From Candidatus Staskawiczbacteria bacterium (lineage in GTDB: Bacteria; Patescibacteriota; Minisyncoccia; Minisyncoccales; Staskawiczbacteraceae): DNA of 64,000 bases. Shown here one piece after another: positions 20,156 to 28,452 of the stretch. Numbering within the stretch: the stretch's first letter is position 1; every line of letters begins with the position of its first letter. The stretch covers positions 1,002 through 65,001 of the forward strand of contig CAILLM010000003.1 in NCBI GenBank assembly GCA_903835075.1, given 5' to 3'. The position numbers were made by a program, and so were the translations under genes. The notes beneath the pieces were generated by a model that was given only the letters and a program-made list of their open reading frames with translations, was not told the DNA's origin and searched no databases.

Positions 20156-20590
20156 TTATAAAATCTCTATTTTTTGACCTTCTTTTATTTTTACTACTGC
20201 TTTTTTAAAAGATTTTCTAAAACCTTCTGTTTTTCCTAATCTTCTTTTCTTTGCTGGAATTTTTATTATATTAACTGATAAAACGTTTACTCCATAAATT
20301 CCTTCCACTGCATCTTTAATTTCATGTTTGTTATAATTTGGAGCAACTTCAAATGTGTATTGGTCTTTTTCAGCTAAATATGATGCTTTTTCTGATATAT
20401 GTGGTTGTTTTACAGCTTCATATGAGAATTTTCCATTTTTAGCAACTGTTTTAGCTGGCTTTACTGCTGAGACTGTTTTTTCTTCTTTATTATCTTCTTT
20501 TGCAACTAAAGGTTTCTTAACCGATTTTTTAACGGGTTTTTTAGCCTTTGCAGCGTCTTCTTTATTTTTTAAAAAGTCTAATATTGCCAT
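20156..20590 (-). CDS. rplW: 50S ribosomal protein L23 with N-terminal Lys-rich extension
   Basis: 144 aa; L23 core YTFEVAPNYNKHEIKDAVE. Confidence 0.9.
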   Translation of the reverse strand: MAILDFLKNKEDAAKAKKPVKKSVKKPLVAKEDNKEEKTVSAVKPAKTVAKNGKFSYEAVKQPHISEKASYLAEKDQYTFEVAPNYNKHEIKDAVEGIYGVNVLSVNIIKIPAKKRRLGKTEGFRKSFKKAVVKIKEGQKIEIL

Positions 20591-20594
20591 AATT

Positions 20595-21224
20595 CTATTT
20601 AGTGAATGTATTTTCTATTGTCTTAATGCTTTCCTTTGTCAACAATAAATACTTTGAAGTTAATAATTGCAAAACATTGATATTTCTTGCGTCTTCTACG
20701 TAAGTTTTCTTTATGTTCCTTGTGGCCATAAAAATCTTTTTATCGTAATTTGGCAATGCAACTAATGTTCCTGCATTTTTACATGGCAATTTCATTAATG
20801 AGTTAGCCATTTCTTTTGTCTTTCCTTTTTCAAGCTTAATTTCGTCTAAAATTACCAAACATTTATTTCTTGCTTTCTCAGACAAAACCATAAACAAAGC
20901 TTTTCTTCTCATTTTTATAGGAATATCTTTAGCAAAAATTCTATCTGTGCGGGGACCATGTGTAATTCCTCCACCTTTCCATATTGGGGAGCGGCTTGAA
21001 CCGTGTCTGGCGCGTCCTGTGGACTTTTGTTTCCATGGCTTCTTTCCACCTCCTCTAACTTCTCCTCTTGTTTTTGTGTGTGCTGAAATCTGCCTTTTGT
21101 TTGCAGACAAGGAAACTGACACTTGGTGCACTAAATCAGCGTTAAACTTTACATCAAAAATTTCTTTTGGTAAAGTAGCGCTTCCTGTGACTTCTCCGTT
21201 TTGATTGTAGATGTCTGTCTTCAT
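20595..21224 (-). CDS. rplD: 50S ribosomal protein L4
   Basis: Track ORF runs to 21281 but overlaps rplC. The ATG at 21224 (MKTDIYNQNGE) gives a typical L4 start; KPWKQKSTGRARHGS motif. Confidence 0.9.
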   Translation of the reverse strand: MKTDIYNQNGEVTGSATLPKEIFDVKFNADLVHQVSVSLSANKRQISAHTKTRGEVRGGGKKPWKQKSTGRARHGSSRSPIWKGGGITHGPRTDRIFAKDIPIKMRRKALFMVLSEKARNKCLVILDEIKLEKGKTKEMANSLMKLPCKNAGTLVALPNYDKKIFMATRNIKKTYVEDARNINVLQLLTSKYLLLTKESIKTIENTFTK

Positions 21225-21234
21225 GGTTTTAAAA

Positions 21235-21831
21235 TTAACCTCTAATTTCCAATAGCGTGCTTTTTGTTCCTGGAACTGCACCCTTGATTACTAATAAATT
21301 ATTTTCTGGGTCAACTTTCATTATTTTTAATCCTTTAACCGAAATTCTTTCAGAACCCATTCTACCTGGCATTTTTCTTCCTTTTATAACGTGTTGAGGG
21401 AACCTTGATCCTGTTGAACCAATTTCTCTTTCTTCGTGTTTTACACCGTGAGTGGCGTTTCTTCCATGCATACCGTGTCTTTTAACTCCTCCTTGGAATC
21501 CCTTTCCTTTTGATATTCCGGAAACTTTAACAATATCTCCTTCTTGGAAACTTGAAACTGTTATTTCATCGCCAACATTTAAATCATTTATGGCTTCTCC
21601 TCTGTATTCTTTAATGTGTCTGTATTCCTTACCTTTCATGGATTTGCCTATTTTGCTCTTTTTCTCAATTTTTTTAAAACCTATTTGTAGGGCTTCATAT
21701 CCTTCTTTTTCAATATTTTTCTTTTGTAAAACAGAGCAAGGCCCAACCACAACCAAAGTAACTGGCGTCATTTTGCCGTTTTTATCAAACATTTGAGTCA
21801 TTCCAATTTTATTTCCTAGTATAAATTTCAT
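21235..21831 (-). CDS. rplC: 50S ribosomal protein L3
   Basis: 198 aa; GKGFQGGVKRHGM motif. Confidence 0.95.
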   Translation of the reverse strand: MKFILGNKIGMTQMFDKNGKMTPVTLVVVGPCSVLQKKNIEKEGYEALQIGFKKIEKKSKIGKSMKGKEYRHIKEYRGEAINDLNVGDEITVSSFQEGDIVKVSGISKGKGFQGGVKRHGMHGRNATHGVKHEEREIGSTGSRFPQHVIKGRKMPGRMGSERISVKGLKIMKVDPENNLLVIKGAVPGTKSTLLEIRG

Positions 21832-21847
21832 TTTTTTTCTTATTAAC

Positions 21848-21873
21848 TAAAAATGGGCTATGCCCATTTTTTC
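21848..21873. terminator. Terminator/attenuator-like hairpin between rpsJ and rplC
   Basis: A-run, ATGGGC-TAT-GCCCAT, T-run; reads as a hairpin plus U-run on both strands, 17 nt upstream of the rplC start. Confidence 0.5.
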
Positions 21874-21977
21874 CACCACTTGGCGGACTGGCAATGTTGT
21901 TAGCTCGACTCCGCAGAGCGGAATCGGCAAGTTAACTATCGCGAATTAACTGATTTATGTTGTAATTAAGTATGTTA

Positions 21978-22394
21978 CTAAATTTTTATCGTAATGTCAA
22001 CACCAGATGGCAAATTTAAATCTCTTAGTGATTCTATAATTTCTGCATTTGGATTTAAAATGTCAATAATTCTTTTATGAACTCTCATTTCAAATTGCTC
22101 TCTTGCATTTTTGTGTACAAAAGAAGATCTGTTCACGGTGTATTTAAGAATTTCTGTTGGAAGTGGTACTGGCCCTGAAACTTCAGCTCCAAATCTGTTG
22201 GCAATATCAATTATCTGCTTGGCAGAATTATCAATAATTTTATGATCATAAGCTTTCAATTTTATGCGAAGCTTAAGACCTGCTATTTCAACAGCCTTAG
22301 GATTTACTTTTGCCTCGTCTTTTCTTGCTTTTCCGCCCAAGGCGGATCCGCCTAGGGCGGACTTTTTTACGATGGTTTTTTTAGTAGCTGGCAT
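21978..22394 (-). CDS. rpsJ: 30S ribosomal protein S10 with about 40 aa N-terminal extension
   Basis: 138 aa; core LRIKLKAYDHKIID; the extension contains a repeat-derived ALGGSALGG. Confidence 0.9.
   Translation of the reverse strand: MPATKKTIVKKSALGGSALGGKARKDEAKVNPKAVEIAGLKLRIKLKAYDHKIIDNSAKQIIDIANRFGAEVSGPVPLPTEILKYTVNRSSFVHKNAREQFEMRVHKRIIDILNPNAEIIESLRDLNLPSGVDITIKI
22333..22362. repeat. Two tandem GC mini-hairpins inside the rpsJ 5' region
   Basis: CCGCC-CAA-GGCGG then TCCGCC-TAG-GGCGGA; translated in-frame as SALGGSALGG. Confidence 0.8.
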
Positions 22395-22395
22395 T

Positions 22396-23592
22396 TTATT
22401 TTACAATTTTGGTTACTACTCCTGCTCCGACTGTTTTTCCGCCTTCTCTAATGGCAAATTTGCTCTTTTCTTCCAAAGCAACAGGTACAATTAATTTAAC
22501 TGTTAATTGAGCTGTATCTCCAGGCATAACCATTTCTGTTCCTGCTGGCAATGTTACGTCTCCTGTAATATCAGATGTTCTGATGTAAAGTTGTGGTTTG
22601 TATCCTGAGAAAAATGGAGTATGTCTTCCACCTTCATCTTTGGACAAAACATAAACTTCTGCTTCAAATTCTGTGTGAGGAGTAATAGAACCTGGTTTGC
22701 AAAGAACTTGTCCTCTTTCAATGTCTTCTTTTTTCAAGCCTCTTAACAAAATTCCAACGTTATCTCCCGCTCTTCCTTCGTCTAAGCTCTTTTGAAACAT
22801 TTCAACAGATACAACAACTGCTTTTTGGGTTGGTCTTAATCCTACAATTTCAATTTCTTCGTTTGGATGGATTACTCCTCTTTCAATTCTTCCTGTTGCA
22901 ACTGTTCCTCTTCCTTCAATTGAAAATACGTCTTCAATGGCCATTGAGAATGGTTTGTCCAATTCTCTGGCTGGTTCAGGAATGTAGTTATCACAAGCAT
23001 CTAACAATTCAACAATTGGCTTGACTGCTTCGTCATCAACTGAAGTTGCGGCCAAAGCTTTTGTAGCAGAACCTCTTATAATTGGAGTTTCATCTCCTGG
23101 GTAGCCATTTTTCTTTAATAATTCTCTGATTTCTGATTCAACCAAATCCAAAATTTCAGGATCATCAACCATATCGCATTTATTCATGAAAACAAGCAAT
23201 GATGGCAAACCAACTTGTCTGGCCAACAAAATGTGTTCTTTTGTTTGTGGCATTGGTCCGTCTGGTGCAGATACTAAAAGAATACCTCCATCCATTTGAG
23301 CGGCTCCTGTAATCATGTTTTTGATGTAGTCGGCGTGACCTGGGCAGTCAATTAAAGCATAGTGTCTTTTTGGTGTTTCACATTCCAAGTGAGTAATAGA
23401 AATGGTAACTCCTCTGGATTTTTCTTCTGGGGAAGCATCAATTTGATCAACGTCTCTGTCGGAAGACTTAAAACCGCGCAATTTTGAAACTTTCATAATT
23501 GCAGCTGACAATGTGGTTTTTCCGTGATCAACGTGACCAATTGTACCAATGTTTACGTGAGGTTTAGACCTCTCAAATTTTTCTGTTGCCAT
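22396..23592 (-). CDS. tuf: Elongation factor Tu
   Basis: 398 aa; [18 protein letters not shown]. Confidence 0.97.
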   Translation of the reverse strand: MATEKFERSKPHVNIGTIGHVDHGKTTLSAAIMKVSKLRGFKSSDRDVDQIDASPEEKSRGVTISITHLECETPKRHYALIDCPGHADYIKNMITGAAQMDGGILLVSAPDGPMPQTKEHILLARQVGLPSLLVFMNKCDMVDDPEILDLVESEIRELLKKNGYPGDETPIIRGSATKALAATSVDDEAVKPIVELLDACDNYIPEPARELDKPFSMAIEDVFSIEGRGTVATGRIERGVIHPNEEIEIVGLRPTQKAVVVSVEMFQKSLDEGRAGDNVGILLRGLKKEDIERGQVLCKPGSITPHTEFEAEVYVLSKDEGGRHTPFFSGYKPQLYIRTSDITGDVTLPAGTEMVMPGDTAQLTVKLIVPVALEEKSKFAIREGGKTVGAGVVTKIVK

Positions 23593-23716
23593 TTTTACTT
23601 TTTTTCTGTCGCCATAGACCTGGCAACAGATATTATTATTTTTTTATTATTTATTTTTTTAACGTATTATAATCTTATTATATTATTTTAAATAAGTCAA
23701 CACCCTTATGCAAACA

Positions 23717-23744
23717 TTGACTTCATTATCAAATTGATTATACT
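23717..23744 (+). promoter_or_regulatory. Sigma70-like promoter for the plus-strand small-gene triplet
   Basis: TTGACT (23717-23722), 16 nt spacer, TATACT (23739-23744). Confidence 0.5.
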
Positions 23745-23791
23745 TTATCTAACGCTGTTTGACAATCTCTAACCATAAACCAGCAATCGCC

Positions 23792-24058
23792 ATGAAAGAA
23801 TACCAAAGAATATCTGCACCGAACGAGAACGCGCTCAACGAGAAACTCGCCATAATGGTTAAGAATGGATGGCAACTATGCCCCGGATGCTATCAATCTG
23901 TCTCATTTAAGATCTACGAGCCATCGCAGGGTAAAAATGTAATAGCGCATTCTCTCTCCGTAATAATGGAGCGGGAAATCCCTGAAAAAAAGATTATCAA
24001 AGCGAAACAACCGACAAAAATTACTACAAAGCAAACCACGAAAGGAAAACGGAAATGA
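23792..24058 (+). CDS. DUF4177-like small protein with basic tail (copy 1)
   Basis: ATG at 23792 (track ORF starts at an upstream TTG). MKEYQRI...LNEKLAIMVKNGWQL...MEREIPE, then KQPTKITTKQTTKGKRK; the stop overlaps the next ATG (ATGA). Confidence 0.55.
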   Translation: MKEYQRISAPNENALNEKLAIMVKNGWQLCPGCYQSVSFKIYEPSQGKNVIAHSLSVIMEREIPEKKIIKAKQPTKITTKQTTKGKRK

Positions 24059-24207
24059 AACATTTTGAATGGGCAACCGATGAATGGGGCCAAACAATAT
24101 GCTTAGAACGGGAAATTCCTGAACCGCCATTAGCTCAACGAGCCGTCAAACCCAAACAACCGGCAAAAATTACTACAAAGAAAACTACGAAAAAAAGTCG
24201 GAAATGA
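24055..24207 (+). CDS. Small ORF, truncated paralog of the flanking DUF4177-like genes (copy 2)
   Basis: 50 aa, my translation: MKHFEWATDEWGQTICLEREIPEPPLAQRAVKPKQPAKITTKKTTKKSRK. Shares the start, the REIPE motif and the basic tail; ATGA overlaps on both sides. Confidence 0.45.
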   Translation: MKHFEWATDEWGQTICLEREIPEPPLAQRAVKPKQPAKITTKKTTKKSRK

Positions 24208-24428
24208 AACGATTCGAAAATGAATGGACGGGCGCGCAAGGTCTCAATGAATTACAGACTATGTGCGATAGGCTAGGGAAGGAAGGCTGGCAAGTTACGG
24301 CTGTATTTGTTAAGACCCTCGGCGAACATGAGTCCGAATGGGGTGCATGGCTCACACGGGAAATTACCGAACCAACGCCCGCTGAGTTACCTACCACTCC
24401 TCCGCCTGCTGGCTATACGGCTGGGTAA
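24204..24428 (+). CDS. DUF4177-like small protein (copy 3)
   Basis: 74 aa; LNELQTMCDRLGKEGWQVTAVF...AWLTREITE fits the DUF4177 pattern; Pro-rich tail. Confidence 0.55.
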   Translation: MKRFENEWTGAQGLNELQTMCDRLGKEGWQVTAVFVKTLGEHESEWGAWLTREITEPTPAELPTTPPPAGYTAG

Positions 24429-24445
24429 GATTTTCAAGTCGCAAT

Positions 24446-24488
24446 GCGCCAAAATTCTGAAATTTCAGAACGAGGCGCTCTTTTTTTT
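24446..24488 (+). terminator. Rho-independent terminator after the small-gene triplet
   Basis: GCGCC...GGCGC stem enclosing TTCTGAAATTTCAGAA, followed by a T-run (8 consecutive T). Confidence 0.6.
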
Positions 24489-24562
24489 ACTTCAAAAAAA
24501 ACACAATCAACTACATAAAAAATTCCAAAATCTCAAATCTCAAAACTGAAAAACTCTTAAAT

Positions 24563-24590
24563 AACTTTTTTGCCACGTGGCAAAAAAGTT
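24563..24590. promoter_or_regulatory. Perfect 28-bp palindrome flanking PaaX-like gene 1 (downstream copy)
   Basis: AACTTTTTTGCCACGTGGCAAAAAAGTT; identical to the copy at 25165-25192. Confidence 0.85.
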
Positions 24591-24591
24591 T

Positions 24592-25131
24592 TCATTTTAT
24601 ACCAAATTTAAATTTAATGCCATCTTGTCCATCTATGTAATCCAATAAACCAAACCTAATATATTTTTTAATTTTAAAAAACTCCACCAAGGACTCAATC
24701 TCATTTTTACACTCATAAGGATATAAAAATATGCTTTCTTGCATTTCATAGAATCCCCCAGTTTTAAGCCTATATACTAGTGCTTTTCTACCCTTTTCGC
24801 ATTCTCTGGGTATATCGAAGGCGACCATTCTCCATTTACCGTCCCATTTCTCTCTTTTATAATTAAGCCGCCTAAATTTATAATTTATTGCCCGTAGAAT
24901 TCCTTTTTCAGTTAAGGAAACCAAAACCAACCCTTCATAATTTTTCTTTTTTTCAATTAATTTTTCTTTCTCCAGGTCGTTCACAGCCGAAGTCAACTGC
25001 TTTCCAGTATAAGAATGAATATCTTTCAACACCAGATTTATAATAAAAAATCTGGCATCACCATGCGCACCCATCTTTTCTCTGCTTAGATAATAAATAT
25101 TCCACAATATCTCCTCCAAAATTTCTCTCAT
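24592..25131 (-). CDS. PaaX-like / Cas2-fold winged-helix regulator (family common in CPR)
   Basis: 179 aa; WDGKWRMVAFDIPRECEKGRKALVYRLKTGGFYEMQESIFLYPY matches the PaaX-type C-terminal pattern; paralog at 48605-49132. Confidence 0.6.
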   Translation of the reverse strand: MREILEEILWNIYYLSREKMGAHGDARFFIINLVLKDIHSYTGKQLTSAVNDLEKEKLIEKKKNYEGLVLVSLTEKGILRAINYKFRRLNYKREKWDGKWRMVAFDIPRECEKGRKALVYRLKTGGFYEMQESIFLYPYECKNEIESLVEFFKIKKYIRFGLLDYIDGQDGIKFKFGIK

Positions 25132-25164
25132 AAATTTATTATATTATTTTCATTTCTCAAATAC

Positions 25165-25192
25165 AACTTTTTTGCCACGTGGCAAAAAAGTT
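25165..25192. promoter_or_regulatory. Perfect 28-bp palindrome flanking PaaX-like gene 1 (upstream copy, candidate operator)
   Basis: AACTTTTTTGCCACGTGGCAAAAAAGTT, 34 nt upstream of the start codon at 25131. Confidence 0.85.
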
Positions 25193-25226
25193 ACTGCAAT
25201 CATATAATATATAATATCTATGTATT

Positions 25227-25264
25227 AAAAAACTCCGCGTGATATTCAAAGATGCGGAGTTTTT
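25227..25264 (-). terminator. Rho-independent terminator after fusA
   Basis: ACTCCGC ... GCGGAGT stem flanked by A and T runs, 13 nt after the fusA stop. Confidence 0.7.
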
Positions 25265-25276
25265 AAAATTATTATT

Positions 25277-27352
25277 TTATTTGCGTTTGCCGTCGATAAT
25301 TTCTTGAGCTACGTTTGCAGGGACCTGTTCATAACTGCTAAATTCCATATTAAAGCTTGCTCTTCCTTCAGTTAATGACCTAATTGATGTTGCATATCCA
25401 AATGTTTCACTTAATGGAACTGTTGCATCAACAACTTTCATACCTGCTCTTTCTGATGTTTCTTTAATTTGTCCTCTGCGCGAGCTTATGTCGGAAATAA
25501 CTTGGCCGAAGAAATCTTCAGGTGTTACAACTTCCATTTTCATAACAGGCTCTAAAATAACAGGCCTGGCTGCTTTTGCTGCTTTTTGAAAAGCCATACT
25601 TCCGGCAATTTTAAAGGCAAATTCTGAAGAGTCAACTTCGTGGAAAGAACCGTCATATAATGTAACTTCCACGTCAACCATTGGATATCCTGCAACAACT
25701 CCCTTATCCATGGCTTCAACAACTCCTTTTTCAACTGGCTTAATAAATTCTTTTGGAATAGAACCTCCTCTAATTTCATCAACAAATTCAAATCCTGCAC
25801 CTCTTTCTTTTGGTTTAACAGTAAGCATAACGTGTCCATATTGTCCTTTTCCTCCAGACTGTCTAGCATATTTTTCTTCTCCATTTGCTTCAGCAGTAAT
25901 TGTTTCACGGTAAGCTACTTGTGGCTTTCCATAGTTAGCTTCAACGTGAAATTCTCTTCTTAATCTGTCAGCAATAATGTCTAAGTGCAATTCTCCCATA
26001 CCGGAAATAATTGTTTCTCCGGTTTCCAAATCTTCTTTAATTCTAAATGTTGGATCTTCTTCTGTAAGTTTCCTAATAGACATAATAAGTTTTTCTTGAT
26101 CAACTTTTGTCTTAGGCTCAACTCTAATTCCAATAACTGGTTCTGGAAATACAATTTTTTCTAATATAACTGGGGCTGATTTGTCGCACAATGTGTGTCC
26201 CGTGCTGGTTGCTTTTAATCCAACTGTTGCTCCAATTTCTCCTGCATAAATAATATCAAGTTCTTGCCTTTCATCGGCGTGCATTCTTAAAATTCTGGCA
26301 ATTCTTTCTTGTTCACCAGTATTTGCGTTTAATACATATGAACCTTTTTGTAAAAATCCGGAATAAACTCTAAAGAAAGTTAATGTTCCCACATATGGGT
26401 CGGTTGCAATTTTAAAAACCAAGGCAGAAAATGGCTCTGTATCTGACGAGTGTCTTTCTATTACAGCCCCTGTTTTAGGGTCTGTGCCTTGTTGAGCTGG
26501 CACTTCTAATGGAGAAGGCAACAATTCAACAACTGCGTCCAAAATTGTTTGTACGCCCTTATTTTTTAAAGCTGAACCACAAAAAACCGGAATTAATTTA
26601 TAGTTTAAAACTGCTTTTCTTAATACTGCTTTAATTTCTTCGGCGGTTATTTCTTTTCCTTCTAAGAATTTTTCTGTTAAAACATCATCTTCTCCTGCAA
26701 CTTTTTCAATCATTTTCTTATGCCACATATCAGCTTCTGCCTTCCATTCTTCTGGAATTTCTTTTTCAACAACTGTAATTCCTTTTTCTCCTTCAAAAAA
26801 TAAAGCTTTCATTTTCATTAAATCAACAACTCCTTCTAAGTTTTCCTCTAATCCCATTGGAAATGATACTGCAACTGCATTTGGAGTTAATTTTGTTAAA
26901 ATTGATTGAAAACTTTTTTCAAAAGAGGCTCCCATTCTGTCTAATTTGTTTACAAAACAAATTCTAGGCACCATATATTTGTCTGCTTGCCTCCATACTG
27001 TTTCAGATTGTGGTTCCACACCGGCAACTCCATCAAAAACAACAACAGCTCCGTCTAAAACTCTAAGCGAGCGTTGAACTTCAGCTGTAAAATCAATGTG
27101 GCCAGGAGTATCAATAAGGTTGATTTGATGGTCTCTCCAATACATGGTTGTGGCAGCAGAAGTAATTGTTATACCCCTTTCTCTTTCCTGCACCATCCAG
27201 TCCATAGTGGCTTCTCCTTCGTGAACTTCTCCAATTTTGTGAGAAACACCGGTATAAAAAAGTAAACGCTCGGAAAAAGTTGTTTTTCCGGCGTCAATGT
27301 GAGCAATAATACCTATATTTCTTAAAGATTCTAAAGGATGTTGTCGAGCCAT
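25277..27352 (-). CDS. fusA: Elongation factor G
   Basis: 691 aa; [18 protein letters not shown]. Confidence 0.97.
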   Translation of the reverse strand: MARQHPLESLRNIGIIAHIDAGKTTFSERLLFYTGVSHKIGEVHEGEATMDWMVQERERGITITSAATTMYWRDHQINLIDTPGHIDFTAEVQRSLRVLDGAVVVFDGVAGVEPQSETVWRQADKYMVPRICFVNKLDRMGASFEKSFQSILTKLTPNAVAVSFPMGLEENLEGVVDLMKMKALFFEGEKGITVVEKEIPEEWKAEADMWHKKMIEKVAGEDDVLTEKFLEGKEITAEEIKAVLRKAVLNYKLIPVFCGSALKNKGVQTILDAVVELLPSPLEVPAQQGTDPKTGAVIERHSSDTEPFSALVFKIATDPYVGTLTFFRVYSGFLQKGSYVLNANTGEQERIARILRMHADERQELDIIYAGEIGATVGLKATSTGHTLCDKSAPVILEKIVFPEPVIGIRVEPKTKVDQEKLIMSIRKLTEEDPTFRIKEDLETGETIISGMGELHLDIIADRLRREFHVEANYGKPQVAYRETITAEANGEEKYARQSGGKGQYGHVMLTVKPKERGAGFEFVDEIRGGSIPKEFIKPVEKGVVEAMDKGVVAGYPMVDVEVTLYDGSFHEVDSSEFAFKIAGSMAFQKAAKAARPVILEPVMKMEVVTPEDFFGQVISDISSRRGQIKETSERAGMKVVDATVPLSETFGYATSIRSLTEGRASFNMEFSSYEQVPANVAQEIIDGKRK

Positions 27353-27397
27353 ATAATACTTAATTTATAATTTTTAATTTAAAATTTCTGATTTACT

Positions 27398-27510
27398 AGC
27401 GAGGCAGTGAATTCGAAGCGTACCCTGCAGGCCCGCCCAGGGCGGGCCGAAGCCTGAGTGAGTTGCGCGCTGGCGCAACGAACGCTAGCGGAGAATTCAC
27501 TGCCGAGCGA
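27398..27510. repeat. Composite GC-rich palindromic element (B-type core) in the rpsG-fusA spacer
   Basis: AGCGA-GGCAGTGAATTC...GAATTCACTGCC-GAGCGA; internal hairpins GGCCCGCC-CAG-GGCGGGCC and TTGCGC-GCTG-GCGCAA; ends 2 nt from the rpsG stop. Confidence 0.9.
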
Positions 27511-27511
27511 T

Positions 27512-27976
27512 TTATCTAGCAAATCTGGCGAAAGCTTTGTTAGCTTCGGCCATTCTGTGAGTATCTGCTTTCTTTTTGATAGCGTTTCCTTGGTTATTGA
27601 CGCAATCCATTAATTCAGCGGCTAATTTTTCTGCCATTGGCTTTCCTTTTTTACCGCGAGCTGCATCTAAAATCCATTTTGTAGCTAAGGCTAATCTTCT
27701 TTCTCCTCTTACTTCCATAGGAACCTGATAGGTTGCACCTCCAATTCTTTTTGGCTTTACTTCTAAAAGTGGGGAAGCATTTTCAATAGCTAATTTAAAA
27801 ATCTCCAAAGGTTCTTTCTTTGTTTTTTCTTTTATAATTTCAAAAGCTTCGTAAACAATTTTTTGAGCAATTGTTTTCTTTCCGCTCTTCATTACTTTAT
27901 TTATAAACTGAGATACAACAACTTCATTGTAAACTCCGTCTGGTGATACTTTATGTTTTTTATAAGCTCTTCTCAT
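27512..27976 (-). CDS. rpsG: 30S ribosomal protein S7
   Basis: 154 aa; canonical S7 sequence and position. Confidence 0.95.
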   Translation of the reverse strand: MRRAYKKHKVSPDGVYNEVVVSQFINKVMKSGKKTIAQKIVYEAFEIIKEKTKKEPLEIFKLAIENASPLLEVKPKRIGGATYQVPMEVRGERRLALATKWILDAARGKKGKPMAEKLAAELMDCVNNQGNAIKKKADTHRMAEANKAFARFAR

Positions 27977-27985
27977 AGGTTTTTA

Positions 27986-28399
27986 TTATGCTTTTACTTT
28001 TTTAGTTCCGTATCTACTTCTTGTTTGCTTTCTATTTTCAACACCAGCAGTATCCAACACTCCTCTAACAATGTGATATCTTACACCTGGTAAATCTTTA
28101 ACTCTTCCGCCTCTAATTAAAACAATTGAGTGCTCTTGCAAATTGTGTCCTTCTCCTGGGATGTATGCTGTAACTTCCATACCATTTGACAACTTTACTC
28201 TTGCTACTTTTCTTAAAGCTGAGTTTGGTTTTTTAGGTGTTTGTGTAAAAACCTTGATACAAACCCCTCTTTTAAATGGCGAGGAATATCTTGAAGTTTT
28301 GTTTCTTAAAACATTAAAACCGCGTTGCAAGGCAACACCTTTTTTTGCTTTCTTTTTATTCTTTCTATTTTTCTTAACTAATTGATGTATTGTTGGCAT
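27986..28399 (-). CDS. rpsL: 30S ribosomal protein S12
   Basis: 137 aa; [19 protein letters not shown] motif. Confidence 0.95.
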   Translation of the reverse strand: MPTIHQLVKKNRKNKKKAKKGVALQRGFNVLRNKTSRYSSPFKRGVCIKVFTQTPKKPNSALRKVARVKLSNGMEVTAYIPGEGHNLQEHSIVLIRGGRVKDLPGVRYHIVRGVLDTAGVENRKQTRSRYGTKKVKA

Positions 28400-28452
28400 A
28401 ATAATAAAACAAACGCAAAGTGCGTATGTAATAACAGTTTAGCAAAATTTAT

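Noticed and set aside
84-22494. Many plus-strand ORFs from the track overlapping the ribosomal, secY, adk, map and tuf genes (for example 84-485, 532-969, 10410-10865, 14551-14997, 20355-20648, 21452-21796)
   Set aside because: All are antisense shadows of strongly supported minus-strand genes. Their translations are low-complexity (Phe/Ser/Leu/Ile-rich) with no recognisable motifs, which is expected in AT-rich DNA.
25552-25908. 118-aa minus-strand ORF in another frame inside fusA
   Set aside because: It is fully nested in the highly conserved EF-G coding sequence, and its Leu/Lys/Gln-rich translation has no features.
27398-27510. Hammerhead-ribozyme-like arrangement on the plus strand of B-type elements (closing helix, hairpin, CUGAGUGAG, hairpin, GAA, closing helix)
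   Set aside because: The CUGANGA box has an extra nucleotide and the invariant A15.1-U16.1 pair would be C-G. The A-type copies lack the box altogether. The motif also lies on the strand antisense to all surrounding transcription units. I treat it as a coincidental resemblance unless a covariance search says otherwise.
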